From Anaeromyxobacteraceae bacterium (GTDB lineage Bacteria > Myxococcota > Myxococcia > Myxococcales > Anaeromyxobacteraceae): DNA of 64,000 nucleotides. Of the stretch, positions 61,968 to 64,000 are shown piece after piece (positions within the stretch are counted from its first letter, which is position 1; the number at the start of each line of letters is the position of its first letter). The position numbers and the translations under genes were made by a program. Below the pieces are notes generated by a model that was not told where the DNA came from, searched no databases, and was given only the letters and a program-made list of their open reading frames with translations. Location: contig JASGHJ010000001.1 of the NCBI GenBank assembly GCA_047602405.1, positions 2,016,001-2,080,000 on the forward strand. The letters are read 5' to 3'.

Positions 61968-63026
61968 ATGGCCAGGAACAAGCCGGTCATCGGCCTGGAC
62001 ATCGGCTCGGCGAGCGTCAAGCTCGTCCAGCTGAAGGAGAAGCGGGGCGGCTACGTGCTGCAGGCCTTCGGGGCCGCGCCGCTCCCTCCCGAGGCGATCG
62101 TCGACGGAGCGCTGATGAACTCCGCCGCGATCGTCCAGGCCATCCAGGAGCTCGTCGGCGAGCACAAGGTGAAGGCCAAGGACGCGGCCATCGGCGTCCG
62201 CGGCCACTCGGTCATCATCAAGAAGATCTCGCTCCCGCGCATGACGCAGGAGGAGCTCGACGAGTCGATCCAGTGGGAGGCCGAGCAGTACATCCCGTTC
62301 GACGTCAAGGACGTCAACATCGACACGCAGATCCTCACGCCCGAGGGCGACGCCGCCGGCCAGATGGACGTGCTGCTCGTCGCGGCGAAGAAGGACATGA
62401 TCAACGACTACACCTCGGTCTGCGCCGAGGCGGGCCTGTCCGCGACGGTCGTCGACGTCGACGCCTTCGCGGTGCAGAACGCCTACGAGGCGAACTACGA
62501 GGTGGATCCGTCGCAGACGGTGGTGCTGATCAACGTCGGCGCGGCGGTGTCGAACATCAACATCATCTCGCGCGGCATCACCACCTTCACCCGCGACATC
62601 ACGATGGGCGGCAACGCCTTCACGGAGGAGATCCAGAAGCAGCTCAACATCTCCTACGACGAGGCGGAGGCCCTCAAGGTGGGCGGGCAGGGCGAGTCCG
62701 ACGCCGTCGTCCCGCAGGAGGTCGAGCGGGTGATCCAGGGCGTCGCCGACCAGATGGGCGGCGAGATCCAGCGGTCGCTCGACTTCTTCTCCTCGACCGC
62801 CGCCGACGCCCGCATCGCCCGGGTGTACCTCTCGGGCGGCACCGCCCGCATCCCGGCGCTGTTCAAGGTCATCGAGTCCCGGGCCGGCGTGCCCGTCGAG
62901 ATCCTGAACCCGTTCAAGAACGTCGAGATCGACAACAAGCGGTTCGATCCCGCCGTCATCCTGGCCGCAGCGCCGTCCGCCGCCGTGGGCGTGGGGCTCG
63001 CCCTCAGGCAGCCGGGGGACAAGTAG
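61968..63026 (+). CDS. pilM: Type IV pilus assembly protein PilM
   Basis: GLDIGSASVK, EAEQYIPF, LSGG, actin-like fold. Confidence 0.96.
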   Translation: MARNKPVIGLDIGSASVKLVQLKEKRGGYVLQAFGAAPLPPEAIVDGALMNSAAIVQAIQELVGEHKVKAKDAAIGVRGHSVIIKKISLPRMTQEELDESIQWEAEQYIPFDVKDVNIDTQILTPEGDAAGQMDVLLVAAKKDMINDYTSVCAEAGLSATVVDVDAFAVQNAYEANYEVDPSQTVVLINVGAAVSNINIISRGITTFTRDITMGGNAFTEEIQKQLNISYDEAEALKVGGQGESDAVVPQEVERVIQGVADQMGGEIQRSLDFFSSTAADARIARVYLSGGTARIPALFKVIESRAGVPVEILNPFKNVEIDNKRFDPAVILAAAPSAAVGVGLALRQPGDK

Positions 63027-63028
63027 CC

Positions 63029-63619
63029 ATGGTCCGGATCAACCTCCTGCCCGTCAGGGTCTCGAAGAAGAAGGAAGCGGGCCAGCAGCAGCTCATCCTC
63101 TTCGTGCTGGTGCTGGTGTTCGGCATCATCGCGAACTGGCTCTGGATCGGCTCCCGCACGTCCGAGCTCGACGGGCGCAAGCGCAAGCTCACCTCCACCC
63201 AGAACGAGATCGCCCAGCTCGAGCGGATCATCGGCGAGGTGAAGAACATCAAGGATCAGCAGAGCCAGCTCCGCGAGAAGCTCGACGTCCTGGGCCAGCT
63301 GAAGCAGGGCCGCACCGGCCCGGTCCGGATGCTGGACGAGCTCGCCACGGTGATGCCGCGCCGGCTCTGGCTCACGAAGCTCGACGAGAAGGGCGGCACG
63401 GTGACGCTCGTCGGCACCGCCGCGACGATCGACGACGTCTCCGAGCTCATGAGCGCGCTGCGCGCCTCGTCGCACTTCCGGAACGTCGAGCTCGCGAAGA
63501 CGAGCTCCAAGGTCGACAAGGGCCTGAGGGTGGTGGACTTCACGCTCAGCACCCAGGTCGCCTACGCGATGGCGCCCGCGGCGGACGCGAAGAAGCCGGC
63601 CGACGGGAAGGGGAAGTAG
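63029..63619 (+). CDS. pilN: Type IV pilus assembly protein PilN
   Basis: RINLLP motif, TM, coiled coil. Confidence 0.93.
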   Translation: MVRINLLPVRVSKKKEAGQQQLILFVLVLVFGIIANWLWIGSRTSELDGRKRKLTSTQNEIAQLERIIGEVKNIKDQQSQLREKLDVLGQLKQGRTGPVRMLDELATVMPRRLWLTKLDEKGGTVTLVGTAATIDDVSELMSALRASSHFRNVELAKTSSKVDKGLRVVDFTLSTQVAYAMAPAADAKKPADGKGK

Positions 63620-63622
63620 GCG

Positions 63623-64000
63623 ATGGAAAAGTTCATCGAGAGGATCGCCAAGCTCCCCACCGGCGTGAAGATCGGCGCCGTCGCCGGCGCGGTCGCGCTG
63701 ACCTCGCTCCTCAACTACTTCGTCATCGGCGTGAACTTCGGGCCGTCCATCTCCGCGACCGAGGACGCCATCCGCCGGACCGTCCGCCAGCAGGAGCAGC
63801 TCGACAAGGACTTCATCGAGAAGACCGCCATCGCGAACAACCTGAACCAGTTCAGGCGCGAGAAGGAGCTGCTCGAGCAGCAGCTCCGCGACGCGCTCGC
63901 CGAGCTGCCCGAGGACAAGAAGATCGACGAGCTCCTGCAGCTGTTCCAGGACCGCGCGCAGAAGTCGGGCCTCGAGATCGGCACCATCGAGCCCGGCAAG
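63623..64000 (+). CDS. pilO: Type IV pilus assembly protein PilO (partial)
   Basis: Follows pilN; TM, coiled coil, LAELPEDKKIDELL. Confidence 0.85.
   Translation, partial: MEKFIERIAKLPTGVKIGAVAGAVALTSLLNYFVIGVNFGPSISATEDAIRRTVRQQEQLDKDFIEKTAIANNLNQFRREKELLEQQLRDALAELPEDKKIDELLQLFQDRAQKSGLEIGTIEPGK

Overview
Very GC-rich chromosomal window from an Anaeromyxobacter-like myxobacterium (inferred from gene content and order). In order it carries the argC 5' end, tRNA-Leu(CAG), DsbD/IscS/IscA and housekeeping genes, a complete Frz chemosensory cluster (frzZ, A, B, CD, E, G, F plus an extra receiver and an orphan CheR), a nucleoside-salvage/ribF block, and a ~36 kb type IVa pilus supercluster. The pilus cluster contains pilBTCSR, an inverted fimU-pilV-pilW-pilX-pilY1 operon, a glycosylation island, pilA, an ABC exporter, pilD, pilS2R2 and pilMNO. 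Main observations: (1) a group II intron inserted immediately after the ATG of the pilS2-like kinase, with an EBS1 loop reading CAUG, a non-canonical AUG 3' end backed by a C-G gamma/gamma' pair, and its own SD plus AUG for the downstream gene; (2) an STT3/AglB-type oligosaccharyltransferase and two more GT-C enzymes flanking pilA, whose product has an N-X-T sequon; (3) two diverged, inverted ~330-nt fold-back elements between pilR and pilY1; (4) a short palindromic element inserted in-frame in two genes; (5) eight +1 frameshifts that all fall in or beside GATC or GCTCTTC/GAAGAGC, probably methylation-linked sequencing errors. All calls come from reading motifs by eye; no database searches were run.
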